The position numbers and the translations under genes were made by a program. From NCBI RefSeq assembly GCF_009914755.1, contig NC_060929.1: 64,000 nt of DNA; one strand, 5' to 3'. Under the pieces are notes generated by a model. The model saw only the letters and a list, made by a program, of their open reading frames with translations. It did not search any database and was not told the DNA's origin. How positions within the stretch are numbered: the stretch's first letter is position 1; each line of letters begins with the position of its first letter. Of the stretch, positions 42,730 through 60,087 are shown piece by piece. The stretch comes from the human T2T-CHM13v2.0 reference genome, Homo sapiens.

Positions 42730-42824
42730 TCCACATGTCAAGCATTCAATTGCCATATGTTGTTCATGGCTACAAAGAGATACAGAATTTCTTTCATTGC
42801 AGAAAGTTCAATTTGACAGTGCTG
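42730..42824. mobile_element. MER3-like (hAT-Charlie MITE) end
   Basis: acagaatttctttcattgcagaaagttcaatttgacagtgctg, resembling the MER3 terminus. Confidence 0.6.
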
Positions 42825-43419
42825 AGCTCATCAAATAAAGGAAGAGGGGCAGAGAAAAAAGAGATAAGTTTTTAGGCTAGAGATTCATGAAACAGCATCC
42901 TTTTCACAGAGAATTGAAAACAGTTTTCATTAATAAAACATAAATTATAATGTCAAGTTTAAAAGGAGATATAATTGGATTTTTAGCCAAAGGCAAGATT
43001 CCTTTTATGTCACTCTAAATAACTTAGAATTTATAGTCTAGGCCAGGGCATATTTCTACAATAATGTTCCTGTAAGCAGGAATCCATGAAATATTAATTG
43101 GTGCTGAAAGAAAAGAAAAGATGAAGAGCAGGAAAAAGTTTAAAGACAAAACAAACATGAGAATGAATTTTCTCTAAATCTATTTTTTTGCAAGTTTGAC
43201 GTTTGCCTGAATAGAATAACCCCACTCTTTACTCAACTAGTCATAAAACCCAGTCCAGAAAAAGAGCACTTGGAAATAATGAGTCCCTAAAGGGTTCTAA
43301 GCAGAAGAGTGAGCTGCTTATTGAGCCTCCCATTCATGGTAATTCATGTGGCAGCTGTGGTGGTGGAGGGGGTGGGGGGGATTTGTGAACACTGTATAGA
43401 GGCAAATATTTTTCATTGT

Positions 43420-43725
43420 TGTTTCATTAATCCATGGAGACATGAGAAAATGATCAGAGCAAGAATATTGTGCAGAAAGCAAGGAGCATGAATTTAAGAA
43501 AATGTTAGAAAATAAAATTGTACAATCTGACTGATAAGACATGCACGAGGAAAGGAGAAGAGTCTAACAGGACTTCCATTTTTGGCACAGGAGGACGGCC
43601 ACGCAATTTTCTGAAATACAGCATTATAGAAACATCAGCAAATGTTACGGGAAAATACAGCCATTTATTTTGAAAATAAAATTATTTTCAAACACTTGTA
43701 TATATCCTGGTAGAGCTAGGTAGTC
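43420..43725 (-). mobile_element. L2 relic
   Basis: gaatttaagaaaatgttagaaaataaaattgtacaatctgactgata...gaggaaaggagaagagtctaacaggacttcc. Confidence 0.5.
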
Positions 43726-46149
43726 AGACTCACTTCCTTCCACTTTTTTTCTATCCCAAACTGATGCAGAGATTAGTTTTTCCCTCGAGTCTTTTTTTCT
43801 TATTACTACATTATCACTACTTAAGACACTAATGGGCGTGTGTTAGATAAGAATGAAAATTGGGAGCAATAGAAGTGCTTTGCGTCAAAGCATTGCAACA
43901 TACTTAAAATGTCTGACCTTTTTTTATTTTTTTGCTTATCTGCTGAACAACAGTCTCGTATTAGTTGTTCTTTTAGGGCCAGCTGCATTGACTGATAAAC
44001 CTCTTCTATTTCACTTTATTCTCCTAATTCCCAAAATCATGTTAATTGATTATGTAGCATAGTTAAACTTTCTTTGGTTCTATCTTTTTCCAAGCATAGC
44101 AGGACTTTACATGTTGTTTGTAAAATGATTTCATCTAGGTAGATTTTTAACTACAGATAATTCCCTTCCAATTAGTAAAGAAGGCATTTTTTCCTGTCTC
44201 TAACAATCGTTTTAAAATTTCTGAGATGTTTTGTTTAGTTTTAGAGTTGGCATTTTGTCCCTTTCTGACTCTGTACTATATCTAAATATCAAACCTATTT
44301 AGATTTACAAGAGATATTTTCAGGTCAATTCTGACATGTCAGTTTATCACGCATACAAAATACCAAGTCCGCCACTATCAAGTGGACCCTCGGTGACAGC
44401 TGCACAAAAACTTCCAGAACTAATCATCTGGCATCATTCTGTTTGGTACTATAGCCCACAGATTTAATAGCTATAATTAAGTTTGTTTCCTTAGGAGAAT
44501 AGAATTGCAGACACTTATTTTGTCCATTATGATCCAACTGATTATGCTTCCTCAAGTTTGAATTTGTTTGGATATAATAGGAGTTTTCTCAGCTGGTGAA
44601 TTTGTGTGTGTGTGTGATAAATTAGTAATTATATACACTATTTCGACTCCTGCAAACAATGAATATTGGACCACTTGATTTATTTGTTGCTATGATCATC
44701 CCACTTATGTTTGCTGGTATTTTAAGTCATTTGTTTTCCCAATGAGGTTTAAATTTTTCCTTTTAACACCAGTTTATTGAAAGTGAATTGCTTCTTTTAT
44801 TTGCGCATGTTAGTTGGGTGGCAATTGAATGTATACAAATATACTTTTATAAAGTCTGGATTGCCCTATGCTTATAAAGTAGTAATTTAAACTTCGTATA
44901 GTGACAATACATACTCATGATTCTTGACACATTTTTTCATTTTAAAATAAAGTAATTTTGCTTCAGTTTGTCTAAGTGTGAAGATGCAGAAATGTCTCGA
45001 GACAATGTAGCTTTTTTCTCTCATTTATAATTCCTGTCCACATGAGATGCTTATTCTAACAATCAAGAGATATACCAGTTCGGAGAACACATTCAAAATT
45101 TTGTATGTACACATGTATGTGAATGACTCTATGTTTGTGTATGCATAAGCTACAACCCGTTGAAGACAAAAGAAAGTGTTGAGTCAATTTGCTGCAGTGG
45201 ACTCAGATAAAAAGCAAACAAAAGTTAAATTATGAATTCATTTCCATCATAGTAATTCCACAAGAGAGAAAATTATTCTTTCTGACTGAAAATTAAATAT
45301 GTTTTCTAGTCTGGATGGAAGAAATAATTGTTATTTTGTTTCCATAATCCCCTTTCCTTGCTTCCTAAAAATATTATAACTGGCTACTGCCTTGTTTACC
45401 TCCCCTACTAGATATGTAGGTACAAGGAGGCATAAAATCAACTTCATTTAGCAGCATGTCAAACTCTAGGCACACATATAATTGCCACTAAATAAGTCTT
45501 TGAGAAATGTGTGTCCACCTCATAGACAGATTTTAAAAGATACTGAAGATCCAATCAGGTTTATGTTGTCATTTTGATGACTGAGTAACATTTGGTGACA
45601 TGACCTTAAACTCCTTAATATTGAGGTATATTAAAAACAGGCACATCAACCAAATTCAATATTATGTGTCACTTGTGTTGAATGTTTTAAAAAATATATT
45701 ATGGGTCTTATATAAACATTCAAGTCAATATAAGGATTTATTTTCTTTTTTGGCTGTGGTCTAGTGGTAAAATTGCAGCTTATATCAAAAAGTTCAGTTT
45801 GTATCCTGCAGCTAATGTAACATCTCTTTAGTTAGATTGGCTGGCAAACTGTATTTGTGTTTCACATCTTAAAATACATTGTTTTGGGACTCAGATTTGT
45901 AAATAAACTTTCGATTTTCTAGAAAACTTTCAGAGAATTCAAGAGAACTAGTTATCAGTACCATTCAGTTCATTCTCGTGGTGGTTGACATGGGGAGAAA
46001 AAATAGAATACTGTGAAAAGAAAACTTTGTTTTTTCCCTCAAAGTCTGTTCTCTTCAGTTGATCTAGGATAGCCAGTAGGCACATCTGCAAAGCAGAAGA
46101 ATAAAAAGACAATTCATCTTGAAACCTATCTTCATTTTACATACATTGA

Positions 46150-46814
<665 letters not shown>

Positions 46815-47153
46815 GCTTTCTGAGTTTTATAGACCACAAACTTATTCCTTACTTTGGTTCCCACTCTCTATTGATCTTTTTGGATGAATGATTTTGTTGT
46901 AAATTATACACTGGCTTTGAACTTTATTCCTCCTCTTGTTACCTCCTCAATGCTGGTGGGAGCTATTTGTTGAATATTCTACACTGGTCAAACTCAAGTT
47001 TCCCCCACCTCCAACCCCAACTCTACCTATGCCATTCTTCCCTGGAATCCTACCTAATGGTAAAACTGGATAATAAATTGATATTTGATTAATACTTATT
47101 CATTACTGACAACAGTATAATAACCTCTGGATTTTTAAACGATTTTTTTCTGA

Positions 47154-47515
<362 letters not shown>

Positions 47516-47649
47516 TCCTTAGCAATTTTTAAAATTTATTTTCCTTTGCTATGTTATATTTGGCTGCTATTGGTTGTTTAAAATACCTTTTGGAGGTAAA
47601 CGTAGTATAAATTGAGAATAAAATATATATCATAGATTTAATTCATTCT

Positions 47650-48125
47650 CCCTATCTTTATTGATCATATCTTATTTCTAAAATGTAGTATTAGGTGTTT
47701 TGAAAAACACTGAGATGAATAAATCATGGATTGTTTCAAAAAGCATATATACCAGTTATAGTGATAGAAAACTGATGTAAATAATAACAACATAAGGTAG
47801 AAGGTACATTGAGACGTATTTAAGGAACTCCCAAAAAGTAAAGGTTACTTCAGATTTGATGAATTTTGAAAGTCATCTTCAGCCAATTTGAACTTAGGCT
47901 GGGCTTTTAAAACCAGGCAACTGTGTACAATTATAATCTCATGAAGGAAGGAACATGGGAGGCTTTCACACCAAATGGATATTGTTCAAGTTGAGCTAAA
48001 CTTCAGGATATATATTAGTGCAAAGGGTAGAAGTATAAGTCACAGTCAGGTTATATAATACCTGTTACAGGAAAATTGCCCATTATTATTTGGCAATGAG
48101 TATCAAATACATTTTAATAAGTATA
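47650..48125 (-). mobile_element. L2 relic (probable target of the L1PA2 insertion; may continue after 50160)
   Basis: ttaggtgttttgaaaaacactgagatgaataaatcatgg...tttgaacttaggctgggcttttaaa... Confidence 0.45.
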
Positions 48126-48145
48126 TTGACATGGATGTTTTTCTT

Positions 48146-50191
<2,046 letters not shown>

Positions 50192-50571
50192 CAGGAGCTA
50201 GAAAATAATGAGATTGGATCTAAGGGAGTGGATGTAGCAGGTCTTGCAAGCAACCAGCCCAGCAGCAATGAAATCATGCTAATTGAGAGAAGCGCAGGCA
50301 GAAGCCGATACCTGGGGGCTACACCTATGAAGAATGTACAAAAGCACCACAACAAATGATCTAGTCTTCTGCAAAATAAGAACAGCATGTAAACAGTTTG
50401 GTAGAGTGAACCGAATCAAACAAAAGGAAAATACTGTTTGTTTGTTTTTTTGCCACATCCTTGTTTTAGATTACCCTCCTCTATGCTTCTATAAGAATAT
50501 CTGTTTTTCTTATTGTAAAATTTATTTTCCTTTATTGCAAGCATCTGTTTATTTCTTGAGACAAATATATA

Positions 50572-51362
50572 CAGATCCTAATTTCTGGACCCTGTGCATG
50601 TTACTTTACATGGTGCTATGATTTAAATGTTTGTCCCCTCCAAAATTAATGTTGAAATTTATTTGCCACTTCAATGGTATTAAGAGGTAAGACATTTAAG
50701 AAGTGATTAGGACATAAAGGCCCTGCCTTCATAGCTGGGATCAAAACATCATAAAAGAGCGAGTTGGGTTCCTTCTTGCTCTCTCACCCTTTGCCTTGTG
50801 CCATGTGATGATACAGAAAGAAAATCATCATTAGAAACCAGAACTTGATATTTCCAGACTCCAGAACAGTGAGCCAATAAATTTTTGCACATTATGATTT
50901 ACCCAGTCTGTGGTGTACTGTTACAGCAGCTCAAACGTACTGAGATATATGGCAAAGAAGACTTTGCTGATGTCATTAAATCAACACTCTTGCAATGGAG
51001 AGATAATCTTGAATTACATACATAGCCTTGATATAATCATAATAACCGTTGCAGGTAGAACAGAGGACTGAGAGTCAGCAGAGAGGGTGATAGGAAACAG
51101 AGACTGGAATAATACATTTTAAAGATGGAAGAAGGAGCCACAAGCCAAGAAATACAGGTAGCTACTGTTACCTGAAAAAGGCGAGGAAATGGATTCTCCT
51201 CTCAGAGCCTCCAGGAAGAGCCAGTCCATCTGACATTTTACTTTAACCCAGTAAAACTAATTTTGGACTTCTGACTTCCATAACTTAAGATAATAAATTC
51301 ATGTTATTTTAAGCCACTTAGTGTGTGGTAACTTTTCACAACAGCAATTGGAAATTAACATC
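50572..51362 (+). mobile_element. MLT1D-like LTR, interrupted by an MST LTR
   Basis: atcctaatttctggaccctgtgcatgttactttacatgg | tggcaaagaagactttgctgatg...ggaaatggattctcctctcagagcctccagga...ttttaagccact...cagcaattggaaattaaca. Confidence 0.85.
50614..50947 (+). mobile_element. MST (C/D-like) solo LTR
   Basis: tgctatgatttaaatgtttgtcccctccaaaatt...ttacccagtctgtggt...actgagata; 5-bp TSD CATGG/TATGG. Confidence 0.88.
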
Positions 51363-51384
51363 CCTCTTTAACTTTCCACGTCCT

Positions 51385-51538
51385 TCACTATACTATAAGC
51401 TTTGTGCAAAGTAGAATAAAGGTAATTTCTATCTCATTCATTTTTTAAGTTTTAAATCACAATATCTGCAGAGAATGGCAAAATGCTTGGTACATGGTAT
51501 GTATTCAATACTCAATGCATCTTTCATTAATTAAATGA
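51385..51538 (+). mobile_element. L2 3' end relic
   Basis: tactataagcttt...aaatgcttggtacatggtatgtattcaata. Confidence 0.5.
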
Positions 51539-53514
51539 CCACCTTTCTTAAGAATAAAGAGACAGTTAAAATTCAGAACATTGAATTCAACAATGAGCTT
51601 CTTTTAGACATAACTCAGCTAAAAGATATTAGGTGTATGGTAATCTGAATTGTAGAAATGTTAAAAAATGAATACTGGTATTCACAGAACAACAAGCTAA
51701 ATATTTTTATTTCAGTAGAAAAAATAAAAATTTCACTAGTTGAAATTTTATAAACATATTAAGTTGATAGATACATTGAAACTCTTACTATCCTCACAAC
51801 TGGGAATATTTTAGCAGATTATACAAATTTTGAAGGAACTAAAATTTCTCCTTAAAAGAGAGGATAATAAACAGGTGAAACTCATTATTCTAGATATAAT
51901 GAGTTTATATCTAGATATAATGAGTTTTTATATATTTATATTTCATTTTCTGTGTAAATTTGGATATGTCAATGATATCCACATACAATTTGGGATGATT
52001 AATTTATAATAAGGCAAATAAGACACGGACAAATGTATCTCTAAACAATGAGGTTGGTCTTGGAAGGTTATTAAATAATATCAAAAAGATCCACTGATGT
52101 CACCTTCAGAAGGAAATGGAGATAGATGGGTCACTGTCCATTTGTTTTGCTCCTTTGCAACATTCAGTTGAGGCCTCAGACATGGAACAAGAATAGAATC
52201 CACACACAGCACTGCTGTTCTGCATGCATAATGTGATTTATAAAACTTTCTTCAGGTAACAGAGAAAGGGCCCAGCACAAGGTAATTACAAGCAGGATCA
52301 TCTAAAGAATTTACAAAGACAGGAAGTCTGCAACTGAGAATGCATAGGCCCATCAATAACACAAATAGCACCATGTGAGAGAACGATGTACAAATTATGA
52401 GGCAGAATGAACTTACTTAACAGCACCTGGGAACTTATCCAGGAATATTTTACGTTTTCTCTGAAAGAACATTAATGTGCATACAAAATAGGGCAATTTT
52501 CATGACAAAGTCCTAAATATAGAGAACATTCAAATGTCACCAAATTATGCCTCCTCTAAAGCTGAAATATAAAATACCCTTTCAGTTTTTTGACTAACAA
52601 AGTGTATATGATCTCTTTCTTGTTTCTTTGATTGATTCTTAATCATAAAGGCACCCATTTTAAGATATTATGAAAAATGATGGTGAATGTATTATAGCAG
52701 GAGTAATATTGTATTTATTTAATTATACAGTTACTAAATGTGTTCAGTATTAAAAAGAATGCCACCAACATCAAAGGCTGAAAAATTACTTTCCATCCAA
52801 TATTTGAATACCAATATATGAATTAAATTTTAAAAATATTGCATAAATTTACAAACAAGCACTTTTATTTCTTTTTACATCATATTTAAAGTATATTTGC
52901 TTTTACATGCATACATTTTGATGTATTTTTACTAATTAATTACTATGCTTTCAAAAAAGTATTTGCTTTAAGACTTTTAGAAATGTTTATCTTTTCAGAA
53001 ATATATTTAAAATGTCTTTTATGTAGGTAGGACTCAAGAAGCTAAAGGAGCTGCATGCAGTCCAGGTTGTATACACAAAAAATGAAGCAAAAAGTCCACT
53101 TAACATGAATGGGTTCCATAGATTTCTATGTATCTATTAGTTCTATAACTTGTAGCCATGTTTGTAAACCATCATATGGCAACTACCTTAGACCACATTA
53201 GAAATATTTAGGACTTATGAGTTGAAGATGAGGAATAAAAAAATCCAGAGAAGTCTAGAGCTATGAAAGTTATGCAAAGAAAAATAAATGTATAAAAAGT
53301 GGCAAATAACTGTGCCCATAGTGATCTATGCCTATATAAAAATATTTTCCAACATATGGAAAATATACGTCTAATATGTTGGCTTGTTGACTACTGCCAT
53401 TTAGAAATTTATATTTATGCTATAATAAAGTAAAATTGATTTTATTCATAAAATATTTAAAAATCAGGTTTTCTATGAATAGTGTCCCTGAATTTAAAAT
53501 TGTCTTCTCCATAC

Positions 53515-54290
53515 ACTTATATTTCCCAAGTCTTCATATCTCCTGCTGAGACTCCATTTCTGAGTCTAAATCTGAATTCCTATGTCGTTAATAATCTACA
53601 TGTCCAAAGGAGACTGGATAATTGTATTCTTTTTTTTTTTTTTTTTTTCTTTTCTTTGAGACGGCTGGAGTGCAGTGGCGCGATCTCGGCTCACTGCACC
53701 CTCACCCTTCTGGATTCACGCCATTCTCCTGCCTCAGCCTCCTGAGTAGCCGGGACTACAGGCACCCGCCACCACGCCCCGCTATTTTTTTTTTTTGTAT
53801 TTTTAGTAGAGACGGGGTTTCACCGTGTTAGCCAGGATGGTCTTGATCTACTGACCTTGTGATTCACCGGCCTTTGCTTCCCAAAGTGCTGGGATTACAG
53901 GCGTGAGCGACTGCGCCCGGCCCGTATTCTTAAAATCTGCTCTTTTTCTTCCATTTTCTGTGTCATTAAATGGCACAAAAGCCAAGGAATTACAATAGAC
54001 TCTTCTGCTGCTCTTTTTCTGCCACATCCAATGAGTCATTTCATTTTTATAAAATTATCTCAATGTTACCTTCTTCTCTCTGTCTTCGGATCATTGTCTT
54101 AGGTCACAGCAGTCTTGCTTCCCACTTGCATTTTAGATCTAGCATGGAATGGACTTCCATCTCTAGGCTTATCCTGACCCAGTAACTCCTTTCAATCTAC
54201 TGCCAGTGATTTTGAACCTACAGTTATGACCATGTCAGTCACCTGCTTAATAACCTTCAAGGGCTTTCAACCACCTTCGAAATAAATAAA
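53515..54290 (+). mobile_element. L2 relic split by AluY
   Basis: tctacatgtccaaa...cttccattttctgtgtcattaaatggcac...catgtcagtcacctgcttaataaccttcaagggctttc. Confidence 0.55.
53632..53922 (-). mobile_element. AluY with ~21-bp deletion near its 3' end
   Basis: gagacgg|ctggagtgcagtggcgcgatctcggc...ttcacgccattctcctg...; TSD GTATTCTT at 53624-53631 and 53924-53931. Confidence 0.95.
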
Positions 54291-55487
54291 GTTTGTGTAG
54301 GAAGAAGATGTTAAATCAAAACATTTGTGTTTCAGGTAATTCCTCGTTCCTAACTGATTTAAGGCTTTTTAACTCATCAGATAAAAGGTATGCCTCATGG
54401 GGATGGCTGAATTTGATTGATTATGAGGAAGTTAATGCTTCTCTGTGAACATCAAAATAGTGTCGGGGTTGAGTATTAAAAGTACAGGTGAGAAAATAGG
54501 TTCCAACAAATGATCTTGATGTTTTACGATTCTTTGGTAAAGACATTTCTCACCCAAAATGGAATTTTCACGTTAAGATCCAAGCCTAATTGTCTAAGAT
54601 CATTGAGAGTTTTGTTGTTGGTTTTGTTGTTTGTTTTGCTTTGTTTTGTTTGCTGTTTTAGTCTATAAAGCAGCTGGAAAGGCTTTAGAGAGTGTTTTGC
54701 TGAAAAATAAAAGGTAAATGCTTATCTATTTTTTTTTTTTGTTACAGAAAGAAGATGGAAGAAGAAGGAAAGAAAAGGCATAATGTAAATATAAACGCTG
54801 TCTTTATTTCTGGATCTAGCAAAGAGTTAGTTTGAAAGAGCAATTGCTTATAAGACTACAAGGCTGATTTCTCCCATCCCTGCAATGCTGAAAGTCTGTG
54901 CCCTTCTAAGCAAATTCTAGTTTCCCTGACAATTAGTCTAATGGAATGCCTGGATGTAGGAATATTGATTCCGATGACAGTACTTTTACAGATGGACCTG
55001 AGATATTTCTGCTGGTTCTTCACTGACAACACACAACATATGGATGATCATAACTTTCCCATATACCCCACTAGGGCAAAACCAGAAACTGAGAAAGCTA
55101 GATGGAAGAATAATGATGTGGAAGGGGAGTTCTCCACTAGGAAGGATCCGATGAGTAGATAGACACAAGGACAAAGAGGGCCTAACTTTGGGCTGTGGAA
55201 GCGGAGTTGCACTCATAGGAGCCATAGTGAGTCATTGCATCAGAACCACTAAGCATCAGTCATGAAGAGCAAACGGGCTTGCTGTTACAGGAGCTAAACC
55301 CTGAACCCTTCCATCGTGGTTACAGAGAGCTTCTGGGGGACAGCATGAGACAGCTTAGCACTTCCCCAATATTATGAGGAAACCCAAAGGCCCAGATGCC
55401 ACTTGGGAAAGGAGAACCAAGAAGGAAGGACTTCAGAAAAGGAAGAAACCATGAAACATTAAGTAATTTACAAACTAGACTCTTCTT

Positions 55488-55665
55488 TATTCTCTTATTT
55501 TATTTATTTCTTTATTTTTGAGACAGAGTCTCACTTTTTGCCCTTGATGAAATGGACTGGCCCAATCATGGCTCACTGCAGCCTCAAAATCCTGGCCTCA
55601 AGAAATCCTCCAGACTCAGCCTCCTAAAGTGCTGGGATTACAGGCATGAGCCACAGCACCTGACC
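55488..55665 (-). mobile_element. FRAM-like Alu monomer
   Basis: gagacagagtctcac...tcatggctcactgcagcctc...cctcagcc-like segment followed directly by aaagtgctgggattacaggcatgagccac; flanks tagactct / tagactgt. Confidence 0.8.
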
Positions 55666-55839
55666 TAGACTGTTTTAAACTAGATTTCCCTGAGAAAACT
55701 TTCACTGGAAAAATCAAAATTATCCTGCTGTCATTAAGAGAAAACTATCTGTTGTAGAAAATTACATTCTTTTTTTTTTCAGACATGTCATATAAATATT
55801 TGGACCCCTCTCTGAGAACAAACTACTTAAAAGTCATTT

Positions 55840-55975
55840 CAATCATTAACGAATATCATAATTGAGGGCCTGTGCTGGGTGCCAGAAATCTACCAGTGAG
55901 CAAAACAGCACGGATCTTTGTCCACAGTAAATTTACAGATCAGAGGAAACAGAAAAACAATCAGTTAAATAAAAC
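55840..55975 (-). mobile_element. L2 3' end relic
   Basis: attgagggcctgtgctgggtgccagaaatctaccagtgagcaaaacag. Confidence 0.55.
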
Positions 55976-56163
55976 AGGTCTGAAAATTGCGTATGAGAAC
56001 CCAAAGCAGAGGTACCTAATCAGGTCAAAAAAAAAAAAAAAATGGAGCAAATTGTGCCTAATAACTTGGTATTTTTCTGCATCCATTTGATGTTCTAGCT
56101 ACATTTCTTCACATGTCCCATTACTAAGGTCGACACTTTCATGCAGTTGCATATGTTGTTCCC

Positions 56164-56649
56164 AGTATTACTTTCCTGTTGCTGCCCTAACAAATTGTCA
56201 CACTTTTGCAGCTTAAAACAACACAAGTAGATTATGTTACAATTCTGGAAGAGAGAAGTTCTAAAATCAAGGTTTTCACAGGGCCAGATTCTTCTGGAGG
56301 CTGCAGGAGAAAACCTGTTTCCTTGCCTTTTTCTGCTTCTAGAGGCTTCCTGCATTCTTGCCCTTGTAAGCCTTCCTTCCTCCCAGCAGTCCAGCCTCTG
56401 CTTTTGTCATCATATCTTTTTCTCTCTGACTTGAGCTTCTTGCCTCCCTCTTACATAAACCCTAGTGTCTACACCGCACCCACCAGGATACTTCAGGATA
56501 ATCCTCCCATCTCACGACCTTTACCTTAATTATCTCTGCAAAGCCCCTTTCGGCATGCAAGGTTAACATATTAACAGGTTTCAGGGATGAGGCCATGCCC
56601 ATTTGTGGGTGGGGGTGGTTGTAGGAAAAGCATCATGCAACCTACCACT
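56164..56649 (-). mobile_element. MLT1C/D solo LTR
   Basis: gtattactttcctgttgctgccctaacaaattgtcacac...ttctggaggctgcaggagaaaacctgtttccttgcctttt...caggataatcctcccatctca...cctaccac. Confidence 0.88.
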
Positions 56650-57599
56650 CTTTGTTCACAGGAATTTCCATCTGGATCTTTTTAGAATTAATCATTATCA
56701 TTTACTAAAGTGTGGAGGATGATAGAAGAAAAAAACGAAGGCAGTTAAGGAAAGAGCAAAGAAAGGCAAATGGGAAGGAAGGAATGAAGGAAGAAAGTCA
56801 ACCTTAGATCATCATAGTAAAAAAAAGTAGTACTGATTACTGATGAATCGTTTAAAGTAAAAACTGCAGGATAGCTATTGCTATACCTATTTTGAAAGTG
56901 AGATTTCAAATGACCTCTCCAATTTGCATTCACTTATATGTCCAAAGGTATGACCATCAATCTATCTTAATGTCAGCAAAAGAACTTCACATTCACTTTT
57001 GAAGTGATTTGAAATGGCTTTAAAATCATTCAAAAATAGTCATATGTCAACCTTAACAACATGTCTGCAGCACACTTTTACTTCTCTGGCTCAAAAACTG
57101 TGCTGTTACCAGGTGGATCTCAGAGAATGAGATATATAGGATGTTCCATAGAGTATTCTTAGCTCTACAACATCTTCCCTCAATTTATCCTACTAAGTTC
57201 AAATTACTGACCTTCAGGGTATGGAAATAGATCTACTATTTTAGCATTTTACGCATTGTCTAATACGTAAAACCCATCAGCTAACATAAAAGAAGTTTCT
57301 TGTTAAACTAAGATATAATGTCTGATTATCGTATATTATCCAAAATATGATTCATACTAAATATGAAATTATCTATATCTATATATTTTGACAACATAAA
57401 AGCTATAGAATGTCTCTAGCACTAGATAGGAGAACAATACCTTCTTGTTATATATAATATTTGTTCAATATATTTTTCTTTTAAAAAATTTATGTCATGT
57501 AGGCCCTCCACCAGTGGTGATATGTGTACAATTTTCTTCTAACATACAGTATTTATAAAAGTTGTTAAGTTGTTTATTACTGAGATGTTTTGTACCTCT

Positions 57600-57749
57600 G
57601 ATATAGATAGATAGATAGATTTATAGATAGGAGATAGATAGATAAATTATAGATAGATGATAGATAGATGGATAGATGATAGATAGATGATAGATAGGTA
57701 GATACATAGATACATATATAGATGATAGATACATATATGATAGATAGAT

Positions 57750-57793
<44 letters not shown>
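57600..57793. repeat. Complex (GATA)n tetranucleotide repeat
   Basis: Interrupted GATA array ending in a perfect (GATA)11 at 57750-57793. Confidence 0.97.
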
Positions 57794-57795
<2 letters not shown>

Positions 57796-58104
57796 CTTTT
57801 AGTGCCCCATAGAAGTAGCTCTTCATTATTGAAGGATAATCCACTAAATATGTTAAGGCGATTCATCTTAAAAGTATCTGTGCTCTCATTTGCTGTGTAG
57901 CAAACCTCCCACATGGAATAATTTGTCTTCATGCTCTTCTCTTCAAAGTCACAGCAATATTTCAAATTACCTTTAAAGCAGTATTTCCTGAGAAATAATT
58001 GCATTTTTCTTTATTGCCATATGGTTCTCTAGATATTTTTGCTTGTCACCAAGGGAAGGAGATCAAGTGGCTCCCCAGTGATAGGTGATGTTACCTTGGA
58101 TGCA

Positions 58105-58246
58105 GACAGCATCCCTAACCAGATACTGAACCTGTTGGCACCTTGATCTTAAACTTCTCAGCCTCTGGAATTGTCAGAAAAAAATTTCTGTCTTTCAGGA
58201 ATTACCCAGTATCAAGCATATTCTTACAGCAGCACAAACTAAGACA
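58105..58246 (+). mobile_element. MLT1A/MST LTR 3' fragment
   Basis: ggcaccttgatcttaaacttctcagcctctggaattgt...attacccagt...cagcagcacaaactaagaca. Confidence 0.75.
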
Positions 58247-59770
58247 GGGAGGCTTTTGCTATCTCTCCTCTGAATTGTCACAATTATCTTCGAAATGGTC
58301 TTTCTACTTTCACTTTCATGGCTTTCCAATAATTCTCAATACAAATGCATGATTACATAAACATTTGCTCAAGAACCTGTATAAAAAGACTGGTGGATAG
58401 TGACTAGATCCTCAGGATATGCAGGGCTCAAGAGAAATGAAATATCTTGGGGATATGGTTACTTAAGACGTGATACTGTCACAGTGAATTTCACAGAAGA
58501 TGGTGCTGCCCTAACTGAGGTTCAATCCATGTATAAGCCAGACCAATCTGAAGACAAATAAAGTATTTCACAGCCACAATTTCTGTTGTCATATTTATTT
58601 TGCTTGCATACTTACAAATCTACAAAAAAGAAACTGGTACAATGGTAGGAAATTGTTGCAAAACCATCTCCACCACTGGAAAAGCCATAAAACGGGTATC
58701 TTTTTCAAAGCAAATCAGTTATATTATCTCTTTGGGTTAAAGCTAAAATATTATACTTGAGTTATGTAAGTGTTATCTCTAACAAGTATCTACCAACAGG
58801 GCAGTGCCAAGGTATTAACCAAATACATTTGTAAAGAATCAATAACAAAGAACAAACACACCGGAATAGCTGAATGGAATGAAGTGGTTCTTTTTTTCTT
58901 TTTAAATTGTAAACCTCTAGGTGGTTAGCATTAAGGTAGAGAGTACCCTGAAGTAATACAAATGTTGCTGGTTTAATTTTTTTCAGCAGTAGGGAATTTT
59001 CAAAATATTGAAGGGTTATGAAGTGTGACTTGTGAAAAGGTTTTAGCAATCTTGAAGCAAATATTGCTTAAAAATATTGGGTTACGATCATAATGAATTC
59101 AATATCAGTTTAGAACCAAAATGTTTCTCCATAAAGATGGCAATGGTATGTGTCAATTAGAAATAAAACAAAAGCAGTTGCTTTCTATGTGATGAATTCA
59201 AGAGCTAATAGTTAAAAATAATTCAAATAGTTTCACCAAATAGATGAAAATACCAAATGTATAACATTAAATTATGTTAGGTATGATTGATTAGGAAACT
59301 CAGTAAGGTTGGAATGACTTGATTATCTATGAAATATATTTATGTATACATGGAAATAAAATACTTACATTTGTATTATTTTATCTTCATCCATCTATTG
59401 ATCTGTCGATCTATTTATCTAGTTACCTAATCTTTTATGTGAAATTTATTAGGAAAATTTGAATACCGTCTGTCTTCATTGTGGCCCATGAGGTCCTTGA
59501 ACCCAGAAACCATGTTTCATTTGGTGCTGTATTCTCAGTTTACGCATATGATTGATAGGAACTCCACAAAGATTTGTTAGATTAATTATTGGCCATTTCA
59601 TTAATATTATATGAGAATAGATACAGTTAAACTTCTTTGAAATTAGATATGAGAGTTAGAAATGTTTAGTTAATGTGTGAGCTTGTTCCCAATTAAACAG
59701 GTATATATAAGTCTTGGGTAAACTATACCTATTGTGCATTCCCAGTGTGAATCCACTATGGCTACCCATT

Positions 59771-60087
<317 letters not shown>

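Noticed and set aside
45752-45815. tRNA-like start ggctgtggtctagtggtaaa
   Set aside because: Only an A-box-like motif; no convincing B box or cloverleaf. At most a decayed tRNA-derived SINE head.
51889-51927. Short direct repeats (tctagatataatgagttt x2; similar ones at ~1419-1467, ~10868-10913, ~39287-39315)
   Set aside because: Ordinary slippage micro-duplications; no repeat-spacer structure, so not CRISPR-like.
54840-55470. GC-richer unique block, possible LTR or exon
   Set aside because: Could not assign a family or a credible reading frame from sequence alone.
57621-58004. 127-aa ORF with LSIYLSIY repeats
   Set aside because: Translation of the GATA microsatellite.
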